Shown: one piece after another, positions 33,483 through 44,035 of the stretch | Layout: each line of letters starts with the position of its first letter | Position numbering within the stretch: position 1 is the stretch's first letter | Assembly: GCA_963835065.1 (NCBI GenBank) | Contig: CAWIEK010000034.1 | Coordinates: 26,970 to 90,969, forward strand | Length of the DNA: 64,000 bases | Reading direction: 5' to 3' | Source: an uncultured Chthonomonadaceae bacterium | GTDB lineage: Bacteria; Armatimonadota; Chthonomonadetes; Chthonomonadales; Chthonomonadaceae | Made by a program: the position numbers and the translations under genes | Notes under the pieces: model-generated | What the model was told of the DNA's origin: nothing | Seen by the model: only the letters and a program-made list of their open reading frames with translations | The model's database searches: none

Positions 33483-33755
33483 TATGAAATAACTCCTTGT
33501 CCGGGCGGCCTGCCGGAGCAGCCGCTGTGCAGACTGTGTCAGCGCGGAGGGAGCGACACCAGGGATGTTGCAAGTTGGCTTACAAATGAAGCGACAGAAA
33601 AAGAACTCAGAAATGAACACATTGGGGGGAAGCTCATCGTCGCCATACGGCAGGGCTGCAAGTTGACGATGGATATGTTTATTGTACCCTACAAGCGGCG
33701 GCAATGAGAGCAGGATTTCAAATTTTGCTCGTATTTTGTGTTTTCCGCCGGGCTA

Positions 33756-34047
33756 CCTCACCCCAACCCCTCTCCTGGACGCTCGTTCCTCGCTAGGAGA
33801 GGGGCTATTTTGTGGCAATCCTCTCCGGTTCGCTCGTTCCTCGCTAGGAGAGGGGCTATTTAAATGAAATCCTCTCCTGGTACACCGTCAATGTAGAACA
33901 GTTAGGTAGGGGCGCTGCTTGCTGCGCCCTCTGTGAGCGGTTGCTGCGCCCTCCTTTGAGGAGGGTTCAGCAAGCAGAACCCCTACAACGTACCCTACCC
34001 ATCCTACCTTGACAGAGTACTAGCCGCTCGTTCCTCGCCAGGAGAGA
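33756..34047. repeat. nested REP/MITE-like cluster
   Basis: Three CGCTCGTTCCTCGCYAGGAGAG units; the third is interrupted by an element with 20-bp imperfect TIRs (33877-34023) that holds two inverted GTAG-REPs (33906-33931, 33961-33986). Confidence 0.8.
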
Positions 34048-34079
34048 GACTTTGAAGCGCAGGATTGGCCTGATTTGGC

Positions 34080-36386
34080 TTAGTTGCGGCTGCGTCCCCG
34101 TCCCGTCAGGATGTCCTGCGGGGTGGAAACGTGTGTGCCGTTGATGGACCGGCGCGACCCCGGCAGGGGCAGAACGGCGCGCGAAGCCGCATTATTCCGG
34201 TTCAGGAGGCCCGCCACTTTGGACGTGCTGCCGGGATTACCGGGGGGCAGCGGAACCGGCTGGAACGGAATAATCTGGCTGTACACGAACCGGAAGGTGC
34301 GGTCATTATCGGAAGCGTTCAGGCTCAGGACATTGATCGGGCCGGGACTGTCTTCGTCATGCCGCGCGCCGACGCGCAGGTACAGCGTCGGCAATTGCGG
34401 CGTGGTCGTGCTGTTGGTGTTGCCGACGAAGTTGGAAAACGTCTGGTTTGACAGCAGTTCCGTCGCCTGGGTCAGGTTGATAGGCGTAGTCAGGTTTTGC
34501 GCTACGCCGTCCTGCGTGGCGGCGGTGGAAATCAACTGCTGGCGGAAAACCGTTTTCGGGTTGGAAAACGTTCGATCCGTAGACACTTCGATCTGGAACA
34601 GGTCTGCGCCCTGGCGACTGCCGAAGGAGGGGGCAAACGTGCGCAGGTCAACGTTGGTGGCGCCTGTGATCGGCGTGGAAATCAGAACCGGATTGATGGG
34701 TGTGGCAAGGCCGGTGCGAATCGGATCGGTTTCGATGCACTGGCTGCTGCCCTGGTTGCCCGTGCCGTTGCCGCCGCCGTTGCCGCCGCCGTTGCCGCCG
34801 CCGCCAACGCCACCGCCACCGCCCACGCTGCCGCCGCCGCCGCCGCCCGTGCCAACGGAGCCGCCTGCGCCGCCGCCACCGAGGCCGCCTGTGCCACCGC
34901 CGCCCTGACCGCCACCGGAATCCTGCGTCACGATCTGGCGCAGAATAATGGCGGTGATTTCATAACGGTAGCTGCGTCCGGGCGTAAAGCCCAGGTCAAT
35001 GGTGGTCGTTCCCGAACCACAGCCGCCCTGCGTGTTGGTGCCGCCACCGCCGCCGCCGTTGGTGTTACCGCCAGAAGAAACGCCGCCCGTGTTGTTGCCG
35101 CCGTTGCTTTGCGCAACCAGGAAGCTTCCCGTCGCGAACGTGAAATTGGGCGAGGGGCGATCAATGAACTCTCGAGTGCTCGCCGCAGATACGCCGACCG
35201 GAACGGCGGTATTGATGGCGGTAGTGGTTCCACCGCCGTTGCCGCCGCCGTTGTTGCTGCCGCTGCCGGGCGAGGTGAACGGAAAGTCCGGGTCGCGGTA
35301 AATCTTGTATTGCAGAACGCCCGCCTGCCCGAAGATGTTGTCGTTGTAGCGCACGCGCACAGCCGGGGCCGTGCTTTCCGTCGTGGCTTCCGCGGTGGCG
35401 TTGGTTAGCGAACCCTGGCCGCCCTTGATAGCAACCGCAATCAGTACGCCCAATCCCAGTACGGCCAGCGTTTTGCCCACCGTGCTGAAGTTGACGCGGG
35501 TGCTGCGCTCGTTGCTTTGATGGAAATTCTGTAGGTCGAGCGCGAAAGCGGGCCGGTACAGCGCGCGGGCGATGTTTTCCGGGCTGATGCCGTTGTTCAG
35601 CGTGGCGTCGCACTCGCAGTCGGTCGCATATGCGCGGGCCACCTTGATGATGCCCTTGCTGATGGTGGAGCCGTTGGGCTGATAGCCGAGTACCAGCAGT
35701 TCATCGCCCACGTGCAGGCCGTCGCGCGTTCCCCGGTTGATAATCACGGTTTCCACGTTGATGTTGAGAACCGTTGCCGTCACCAGTTGGCGCTGCACCA
35801 TCTGCCGCACCGCATCCAAACCGGCGTCGCCGATGGCGCGCGTCACGGCTTCTTCCACCGCTTCCCCGGCGCGCGGCGTTACCGCCTGGCTTACGATGGC
35901 GCCGTTGAGGGCATATTCCTTTTCGGAAATAGCGTCTACGATGGTCGTGTCAATGGCAACCGAGGTCACGCGCCCGGCTTTGTTGGTCGCGACGTTCACT
36001 CTGCCGGTCACAACGCCTTCCGCGTTCAGCGCCTTTGCCAGCCGAGTCAGGTCGGCGCGGGAAAAGTTCGCGGGCTGGTTCGGGTTGCTTGGTACGCGAA
36101 TACCGATCTGCCGGGCTTCCGTAATCAGTTCCTTTTGCGGAATCGGGTTGAAGCGGCCCTGTCCCGAAGCGGTCAGCTCATTGAATACGGCATCCCGCGC
36201 CTGAGTGGCGAGAGCATCCGTCTTTTTGGTGCGGATATTCGTGAAGTCCGCCACAATCACGGTGATAGCCTGCTGCGCCTGCGCCTGCGCCGGGCGTCGG
36301 CCCAGCATCAGCATCGGTATCAGCAATGCCACCGTCAGCAGCCACGAAATGCTTCGGGCCGCCCAACTTTTACGCAGTGAATTCAC
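34080..36386 (-). CDS. secreted protein with CsgG/FlgT-like N-terminal region, internal hydrophobic helix and Gly-rich beta domain
   Basis: GTG start after GGAGGAG; signal peptide; VIVADF..LNAEGVVTG; VIINRGTRDGLHVGDEL. Confidence 0.72.
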   Translation of the reverse strand: MNSLRKSWAARSISWLLTVALLIPMLMLGRRPAQAQAQQAITVIVADFTNIRTKKTDALATQARDAVFNELTASGQGRFNPIPQKELITEARQIGIRVPSNPNQPANFSRADLTRLAKALNAEGVVTGRVNVATNKAGRVTSVAIDTTIVDAISEKEYALNGAIVSQAVTPRAGEAVEEAVTRAIGDAGLDAVRQMVQRQLVTATVLNINVETVIINRGTRDGLHVGDELLVLGYQPNGSTISKGIIKVARAYATDCECDATLNNGISPENIARALYRPAFALDLQNFHQSNERSTRVNFSTVGKTLAVLGLGVLIAVAIKGGQGSLTNATAEATTESTAPAVRVRYNDNIFGQAGVLQYKIYRDPDFPFTSPGSGSNNGGGNGGGTTTAINTAVPVGVSAASTREFIDRPSPNFTFATGSFLVAQSNGGNNTGGVSSGGNTNGGGGGGTNTQGGCGSGTTTIDLGFTPGRSYRYEITAIILRQIVTQDSGGGQGGGGTGGLGGGGAGGSVGTGGGGGGSVGGGGGVGGGGNGGGNGGGNGTGNQGSSQCIETDPIRTGLATPINPVLISTPITGATNVDLRTFAPSFGSRQGADLFQIEVSTDRTFSNPKTVFRQQLISTAATQDGVAQNLTTPINLTQATELLSNQTFSNFVGNTNSTTTPQLPTLYLRVGARHDEDSPGPINVLSLNASDNDRTFRFVYSQIIPFQPVPLPPGNPGSTSKVAGLLNRNNAASRAVLPLPGSRRSINGTHVSTPQDILTGRGRSRN

Positions 36387-36557
36387 TGTATCGTCTCCTC
36401 CTGGTGTCGGGAGTGAGCCGCAGGCCGGCGCGTGGAAAACGGGAACCAAAAGGCGCCTTTCCACATTGTTTCCACTTGCCGGCTGCTCTCAACTACGCGC
36501 TTGTTTGCCTACGTACCTGCATCTCTATCAACTATCAACTATCAACTGATCACCAAT

Positions 36558-39500
36558 CTACCGGGTAATCAGGATGGTTCCCACCTGCCGGACGACATGG
36601 CCGTCCTCATCCGCGGCGCGCACTTCTACCGTGTAGACGTTGGCCGGAACCGCCGCGCCCCCGTCCGTTTTCAGGTCCCATGTCGCCTGGTTGTCCCCGG
36701 CGGCGCGGCTTCCTGTTGCGGTCACATTGCGGATCGCGCGGCCATTTTGCGTGATCTTGATCGCTACGGCAGCCGATTTCGTCAGATGGTAGGAGATGCT
36801 TACCGGAGCGCCCGTCGCCCGTCCATTTCCAGGCTGCACAACGGTCAGGTTGGTCAGACTGAGCGGGTTGCGGGTGGCCCGCTGCACATCCAGACGGTAG
36901 TGCTTGGCGATCACGTTCTGGCTTGCCGGGATCACGAAGCTGGAACGGTTGCGCAGGCTGAGGGTCTGCTTGCTGTCCAGATCGGTGATTTGCATATCCT
37001 CATGGCGCGAGATCGTGGTGATGTTGGGCCACGAAACCGTTACCGGCGCGTTCAGCACGTTGGACGTGACGGTGAACTCCCACGAGGTGGCGCTGGCGGA
37101 ACGCACATCCATGCTGTAAGCGGCGGATTTGCTGCCCCAGTCCTTATGCTCGAAGGCGATCTGCACGTTCTGCTTGGTGGCGACAGGCGGCACTTCCAGC
37201 TTATAGGTGTCGTAACCGTCCGTTGCCTTGCGGGACACGCCCAGATAAGCGTTGCTGGCCGTTTTGTCGTCCACTTTGGCATGCAATTGCAGTTTCCAGC
37301 CGTCGCCCGTCACATTGGAAGCGACGGTTGCCCGGCCTTTGCTGCCAACCGCGCGGCTTTGCGACGCGCCGGGCGTGACGATCAAGGTCACAGGCCGGAA
37401 CGCGCGCAGCCAGTAGCCCCGGAACGGATCGAGCGTGAACACGATCTCGTAGGAGCCATGCTCATAGGTGAACAGCGCGCCGCCCAGGGCCGGGTTGCCG
37501 CCGCCCTGCGCGTCGGGCACGTTGACCAGGGTTCCGTTCGCCTCCTGAATCTGGAGTTTCGAGAAGTCTACGGATGTGGTGAACGGCATGCCGATCAGGT
37601 TCCAGCCGTTTTGCAGCGGAATGGAGAACGGCAGGTAGTTGCCAAGCGCGTCTTTCGGAGCCGTCCCGTAGTTCGGGTTGGTCAGCGCGAGAATGGTCGC
37701 CGTATTGGTTTCCTGCAGGAAGTAGCCCACTCCCAGGTGGAAGGTATCCGCCGGGGGCGTCGGGGTATACACATACTTCTGCTGGCTGGCGTCCCAGGTG
37801 ATAAACGCGAACGTGTTGTTGATGTCCGCGCCCGGAATGCTGAACAGGTCCGTGATGCTTACGCCGAGATACTGGAAGGGCGAGCTGACCAGCGTGAGAT
37901 CGGAATTGAACGAAGCCAGCGGATCCAATATGAAGTTGACGTTGGGCGTTTCCGCGCCCGTCGTGACCGGCTCCGTCAGCGTATTCGGGTTCGGCTTGGG
38001 CGTGTACCCGGCTTTGGTGGCTGTCACCTGAACCGTCGTACCTGCCGGGATGTTGCCGACCTTATAGTTGTAGGAGTATTGGGTGCTGGTGGTTCCGGGC
38101 AGAATTTCCGTCTGCACGGCTCCCGTCGTGGCCGTGATCGTCTGTCCCGCCGACGTGGTGATGGTGATCGTCGCGCCCGGAACCGGAATGGAATTGGGCG
38201 GCGAAGTCGTTACCAGGCCGGAGATCGTGCCGGGCGGCAGGGGCACGAGCGAGAAGTTCACCGTCGCGGTCTGCTTCGACACAATGGTCACGGCAACCGC
38301 AGCGGACGACGCATAGCCGGGGGCGCTGGCAACCAACTGGTAGCTGCCGGGATTCAGGCTGATGGAGTACATGCCGTTGGCGTCGGTCGTGCCGGTCGGC
38401 GGGGTGGTTCCCCCCGTGACCGTGATGGTCGCGCCGGGTATGACCGTAGGCGTTGCCGCCCCGCTGACAAACACGGTTCCGACGAGAGTTCCCGGCGGCT
38501 GCGTCAATTGGAAGTTCTGGCCGGTCACGTTCTGGCCGGACGCTACCTTGACGCCGGTGATAACAGGCGGGACGCTGCCGCTGAACCCAAGCGCGGCCAC
38601 GTTGGTCACGCTCAGGTCATACGTGCCATTGCCGGGCACGTTCTGGATGAGGTAGTTGCCCTGCGCGTCGGAAGGAAGCGACGTAAACACGGCTCCCGTT
38701 GATTCATCCACCGCCTGCACAGTTGCGCCGGGAACCGGCAAGTTGGTTCCGAACGTGGTGACTTTGCCGGCGATAGTGCCGGGCTGCGCCTGGATCAGGG
38801 TGAAGTCGTTGCGTCCCTCATAGCCGCCATGGAACACACTTCCGGTGGCGTGTTGGGTGATGAAGCCGGATTGCAGCGCGTCCATGCCGTAAATGCCGTC
38901 GGCATCCAGGCCTTCAATGATAAACGAGCCATCGCTTCTGGTTTTGGCCGTAAAGACATTGGCGGCGCCAATTATGCCCGTCACGGGATCGGGACGGTAA
39001 GCGCGCACAATGGCTCCCGGAATCGGCTGCAAGGGGCCACCCGTCGAGTTGCGGGTGCGTACCTGTCCGACAAGCCGCCCGGTGCGCAAAAAGTCCAGCA
39101 CGTTGTGGGTCAGTTCCACGCGGCGGTTCTTGAAAACGCACGTGGTTCCGGCAATGTAGTACTCGGGATTGATGGCTTCCCAGCCGAAGGGCGAGAAGAC
39201 CACTTTGCCCGATTGCGCGTTGCGGTACCACATGATGGCCGCGTTGTTGGTTCCCGTTCCGGCGTTGTACAGCGCATCCACGCCGTACTGCCCGGCGTAG
39301 ATTTTGTTGGCAATGTCAACGTTGCCTCCACCCGTCGGCGGCGTGAGCGTTGGCGGGGTGAAGATCACCTGGTCGGGCGAGCCGATGGCGGTGATGCCTC
39401 CCTCCGCGCCCGTGTTCGGGCAGCCGTAGAGCCGGTTGGTGGGCGCAATGGTCGTGTTGCTCAGATAAACGGGCGGCGTGTTGAAGGGCGGATCGTCGCC

Positions 39501-42500
39501 TCCCGCCGGAGTGGGATAGGCATGCAGCACATCGTACCAGGTTTCAAACCCGATGGGATGGACGCCGCGCCCGAACGCATCCGGGTTTTTCTTCAGACTG
39601 TCATTGACGTAGTCGCCGTTGAAGCCGATGGGTGGCCCGATGGCGTCATCGCCCGTTGTCGCATCGAACTGCGCGCGCAGCGTGTTGTTCAGGAAGGCGC
39701 GGCCCGATCCGCCCCCGCCACTGGGATCGTTGCCCAGGGTCAGGCCGAAGGCAATGTCCTGTCCATTGACGAACAAGCGTCCGCCGCGATTGACAAAGGC
39801 CGTCAGGTTCGTCTGCGTGTCGCTGTCCAGCAGCGTGCCCGGCCCGACGTACAGGTCGCCCAGATACGGCGAGTGCCAGATTACGCATTTGTCCGCAACC
39901 AGCACCTGCCGCGCCGGGAAGGGACCAAGCGGATCCGCCGGCTGCGTGATGGTGCGCGGGCCGTAGGTATTGAGAACCGATACCGGCACGGGGCCGCGAC
40001 ACTGGACGCGCCAGATGTCGTATATCCCCGTAATGGGCGCGGTATTGGTTATTCCTCCTCCGCCTCCGCCGGTCAAGCCATCGAAGTAGGAGTTCACGCC
40101 GAGGGGAGTCAGGAAGTTGAGGATCGTGTAAACCGTCGTCCCTTGGATGGCGATTTGCGGGAACAACTGCGAACTGAATTCGGTTGTCCACGACTCGGTG
40201 GGATTGCCTTCGTAGCTCAGGCCGACGGAGTTGGTCAGGCCATTCTGGAAATCACCCGTTCCAAAGCGCGAACTGAGGAATTTCTGGCCCGTGTCATAGT
40301 CGCTGATGTAGAGACACTGTCCCTGGCCGATGAAGGGACGGGTGGTGAAGCCCCATACGTTGTCGTATATTTTCCAGTTGCTTTGCGTCGCGCCGGTTCG
40401 GTCGAACGGATACACAGCGTTATCATACAGGATCACGTCAATGACCATGTCGCTGGGCAAAGGTTGCCGGGAGTATTCCATTCGGCCTGGAACGTGCCCG
40501 TGCCCGTGCCGTCGTCCTGCAGGGGCAGCCAGTAGCCGACGTCGCCATCCGGGAACTGTCCCGCGTTGGGCGTGATGCTGGCGTCATCCGGCGGGTTCAG
40601 ACTGCCGCTGTAAGCGTTGAAGTCTTCTACGTTGGGCGTATAGCGGTTGAAGCCCGGCCAGGTGTTGGGAATGCCGCCGCCCACCGAAGCGGGAGCGTTC
40701 GCGCCGCCGTTAGGACGGAACTTCGCCGTACTCGATATCCGAGGCCTTGATCGCCTGCTGGTCGAATTCATACGGCGTATTGATGGCGAACAGCGTGGTA
40801 TCCAGTTGTCCCAGGCCCAGGGACGAGCCGTTGTAGAAGATTTTGTGTTCCTGGCCGTCCGAGGACTGGGGCGCGCTGTCGGGGCATTTGATTTGCAGGT
40901 ACGCATATTTGATGCCGCTCTGGTAGTCTACGGCGCGAATTTTGAAGCGAACGCGCGACCCGGCAGCCACAAAGCGGTTCAGCAGGGGCTGGCCGGGAGC
41001 GTTCGCGAGTTCGACGTGGACGATCTCGTTGGAGTTCTCGTCGTACTTGAGCAGCGTGGGCGCGTCAATGTCGAGGATGGCCGCCGCCCACAGATTGTAG
41101 TTATTGCCCCGGTCGCTTTGAAAGGCGATGCGCGAGGTGTTGATGAACTGCGGGAAGGTGGGAAAGTCCTCGCTGGTCGTGTTGCCGATGTCGAACTGCG
41201 ACAGGCCGGGTTTGTCCAGTGCGTCTACGGTGCTTTGCGGCTCCAGCGTTTGCAGCTTGTGCGCGCCCGTATACTGCGAGGAACCGGCGGCATAGGAGAC
41301 TTCACCCACGGGAACCGTGACAACGTTCGCGTTGCGCACATCGGGGCCGATGGTCGCATTCATATAATAGATGTCAGTGGCGCCCGGAATTCCGCCGGGG
41401 CCGGCGGGACTGATGGTGTCGGGCTGGCCGTTGGATTGGGAATCCGTGCGGGTGCTGGCGAAGCCAAGCAGTATCTGGCCCTGGCCGGTGGGGTTGCCGT
41501 TCGCGTCCTGGCCGGGCGGAACGCCGCCGATACGCGGCAGGCCTGTGCTGGGATCAATATCCAGCCGCGTGGTGCTCCAGGCCGGGTTGCGGTTGGTGGC
41601 ATGGGGCACGTTGGGATCGTTGGGATTGGCCGTGCCGGGCAGCACAAAGTTGGTGATGCGCTTGGGCGCGGGAATCAGCGGGTTGGGCTGGAAGACGAAA
41701 ATCTCGTCATGGGAGCCGGCGAAAGCATTGGGCGGGTTGACAGACGTGGCAACCACCGGCGCATTGCTGTTGCCGTTCGCAAACGTCAGGGCATTGGTGG
41801 TGTACGCGATGACAGTTGCGCCCTGAGGATTGGTGACGGCAGGCGACCAGGCCGGCGAGTAATCGTTGGACACGCCTGACGTGTACTGCGTGATGTTACC
41901 CTGCGCGACATTGACGGTAAAGATGTGGTAGTTGGTGTCGCCCTGCAGTTTACCGGCAAACGCGATGTCCGTGCCGCCCGGAGAAAACGAGGGATGGCGC
42001 ACGTCCGTGAAGGTAAAGAGGTTGTTGAGGTTGGTTAACTGCTGCGGCGTCTGTCCGCTGTTCAAATCCATGAAGAACAGGTTGAAACCGGTGGTTTGCG
42101 TTTGCAGCCCCGGCGAATTGGACGGGGCGTTGAGCGCGGCGAGATTGGTGATCTGGCCGCCCGACACATAGCAGACGCGGTTGTTCTGCGAGGACACGTT
42201 GGGTTCGATCTTGTTATCGGTTCCCGACGTGATCTGCTCGACGGAAGAGCCGTCCGTAATCAGGCGATAAATGTTGAACGGAGCGCCGCCTGCCGTGTTG
42301 GTCGCGCTTTGACGGTCGCTGTCGAAGTAGATGTAGGTTTCGTCGCTGGACCAGAACGGATGCTCATCTACAGACGGCGCGAACTGAAGGGAAAAATTGG
42401 CCGAAGGAGTCGCTTTTGTCAGCAGAATGGTCTGCCGGGGAACGCCCTGATCCCCCGCGGCGCGGCTTCCTTTGGGATGCCAGGTTCGGGCCATGCGCGT

Positions 42501-42728
42501 GAGTTTGTCGCTGAGATGGCGGCGCGTGACCCAGGTGGGCAGTTTGGCAATCTTGCCGATGGCGACGTGTTTGGTGATGCGTCCGCCGGCTTTGTGAACG
42601 CTGGTGGGCAAAACGCGGCGCGGCGCGGGACCGCGTTTGCTTTGCGCGATAACCAGCGACGCCAGCGCCACCAGGGCGATGGTCACAAGCAGGTGCAGGA
42701 CAACATTGATTTTGTTGGCTCTGTTCAA
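36558..42728 (-). CDS. ~2050-aa secreted protein: TolB/PD40-like propeller, carboxypeptidase-regulatory-like repeats, shared C-terminal module; frameshifts near 40733 and 40459
   Basis: ORFs 40710-42728, 40433-40906 and 36558-40481 join; PFWSSD, PSFSPGG, PAWSP; repeated GT(I/L).G.V..P(V/I)PGAT; ends TILITR. Confidence 0.8.
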
Positions 42729-43306
42729 GGCGAGTCCTACCTCCTCATAAGATCTGACTTAGATCACAAAATGGCACGCTTGAAGGGGAAAGCCTGCGCA
42801 GCCGGAGCGGGGAGATTTCCGGCGTTGGATGGAATTAGTGAAAACGTTCTACGGGCTACGGCCAAACGGAATTGTTGGCAATGAGCGTTGGGTGGAGCGG
42901 ACGCCCGTGCAGGGAGGACCCTTAAATCGAACTTATCCGCCATTGAACTTCGCTGCTCGCGTGGGCAGGGAAAAAGTTCGGCGCATTCTGGGGGTTTCAA
43001 TCCTCGCCCGACTCCTTACAAGAACTCATAAGTTCACTTTTGACAGCAGAAACTTATGAGCAAAAGCGAGAAGGCCGGACGCAACTAACGGGAAGCCGTT
43101 GAACGTCCTGAGAAGACCGTTACGCGGTTATGTTGTCACCGTTGCCGGTTGGTGGGTTTACCGGTTTGGAATGACATCCCTGACAGATTTAGATGATAGC
43201 ACACTGACAAAGAGAAAGCAAGCGTTTTTTCAGCAATCGCGGCTGCTTTCATGGAAAATTGCGAAAAGTTCCCAAACATTCTGCGCCCAGGCCGGAAATT
43301 AGGGAA

Positions 43307-43925
43307 TCACGGCTGATTTTCGGCTTGGGCCGTCCACTGCCGCCACAGATTTTCTATGGTTCGCCGCAGCTCTTCGAGTGACCCTTCATTGCGTATAACC
43401 ACATCCGCCTGCGCTTCTTTGAGTTCTAAAGGCATTTGCGCGGCGATACGCTGTTGGGCTTCGGCTTCCGTCAGACCATTGCGCGCGGCAAGCCGAGTCA
43501 CCTGCACCGTTTGTGACGCGCTGACCACAACGATTCGTTCAAACCAATTTTGCATTTTTGCTTCAAACAACAGGGGAACTTCCACGGCAACGATCAAGGA
43601 GGGAGAAAAGTCGCGCCGACATGCTTCAATCTGCGAGCGCAGCAGCCGCAAAATAGGGGGATGGGTGATTTGTTCCAGTTGACGGCGGGCTGAGTCACTC
43701 GCAAACACAACGGACGCCAGGTACGCGCGGTCAAGGCTGCCGTCCGACTCTCAGCGCGTCCGCGCCAAACACGCGGGCAATTTCGCGCATGGTCGGCAAC
43801 ACGGGATCAAGAACCGCCCGCGCCGCCTCATCCGCGCTGAACGTAACCGCGCCCTGCTCACGCAGCAACGCCGTCACCAGACTTTTGCCCGTACTCAGGC
43901 CACCGGTAATGCCAATTACAAGCAT
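43307..43925 (-). CDS. coaE: dephospho-CoA kinase; apparent frameshift near 43745
   Basis: IGITGGLSTGKS..SAD in ORF 43731-43931; LEQITHP..EVPLLFE..ADVVIRN in ORF 43307-43708. Confidence 0.9.
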
Positions 43926-44033
43926 AGGCATTAGGCATTAGGCATTAGGCTCAGAACTATCTTCGATACACCTACCAATGTTGGCAAGATATAGGAAGAC
44001 GAAGTTCCTAATGCCTAATGCCTAATGCCTAAT
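43925..44033. repeat. inverted heptamer arrays (TAGGCAT)n ... (CCTAATG)n
   Basis: 43925-43950 and 44008-44033; same family at 58601-58717. Confidence 0.9.
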
Positions 44034-44035
44034 AT

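Noticed and set aside
34740..34920. (GCC)n-rich tracts as DNA repeat elements
   Set aside because: They encode poly-Gly linkers within a CDS
26629..42884. Long plus-strand ORFs (e.g. 30282-32537, 36432-38702, 38829-40535)
   Set aside because: Antisense shadows of well-supported minus-strand genes in GC-rich DNA; no recognisable motifs
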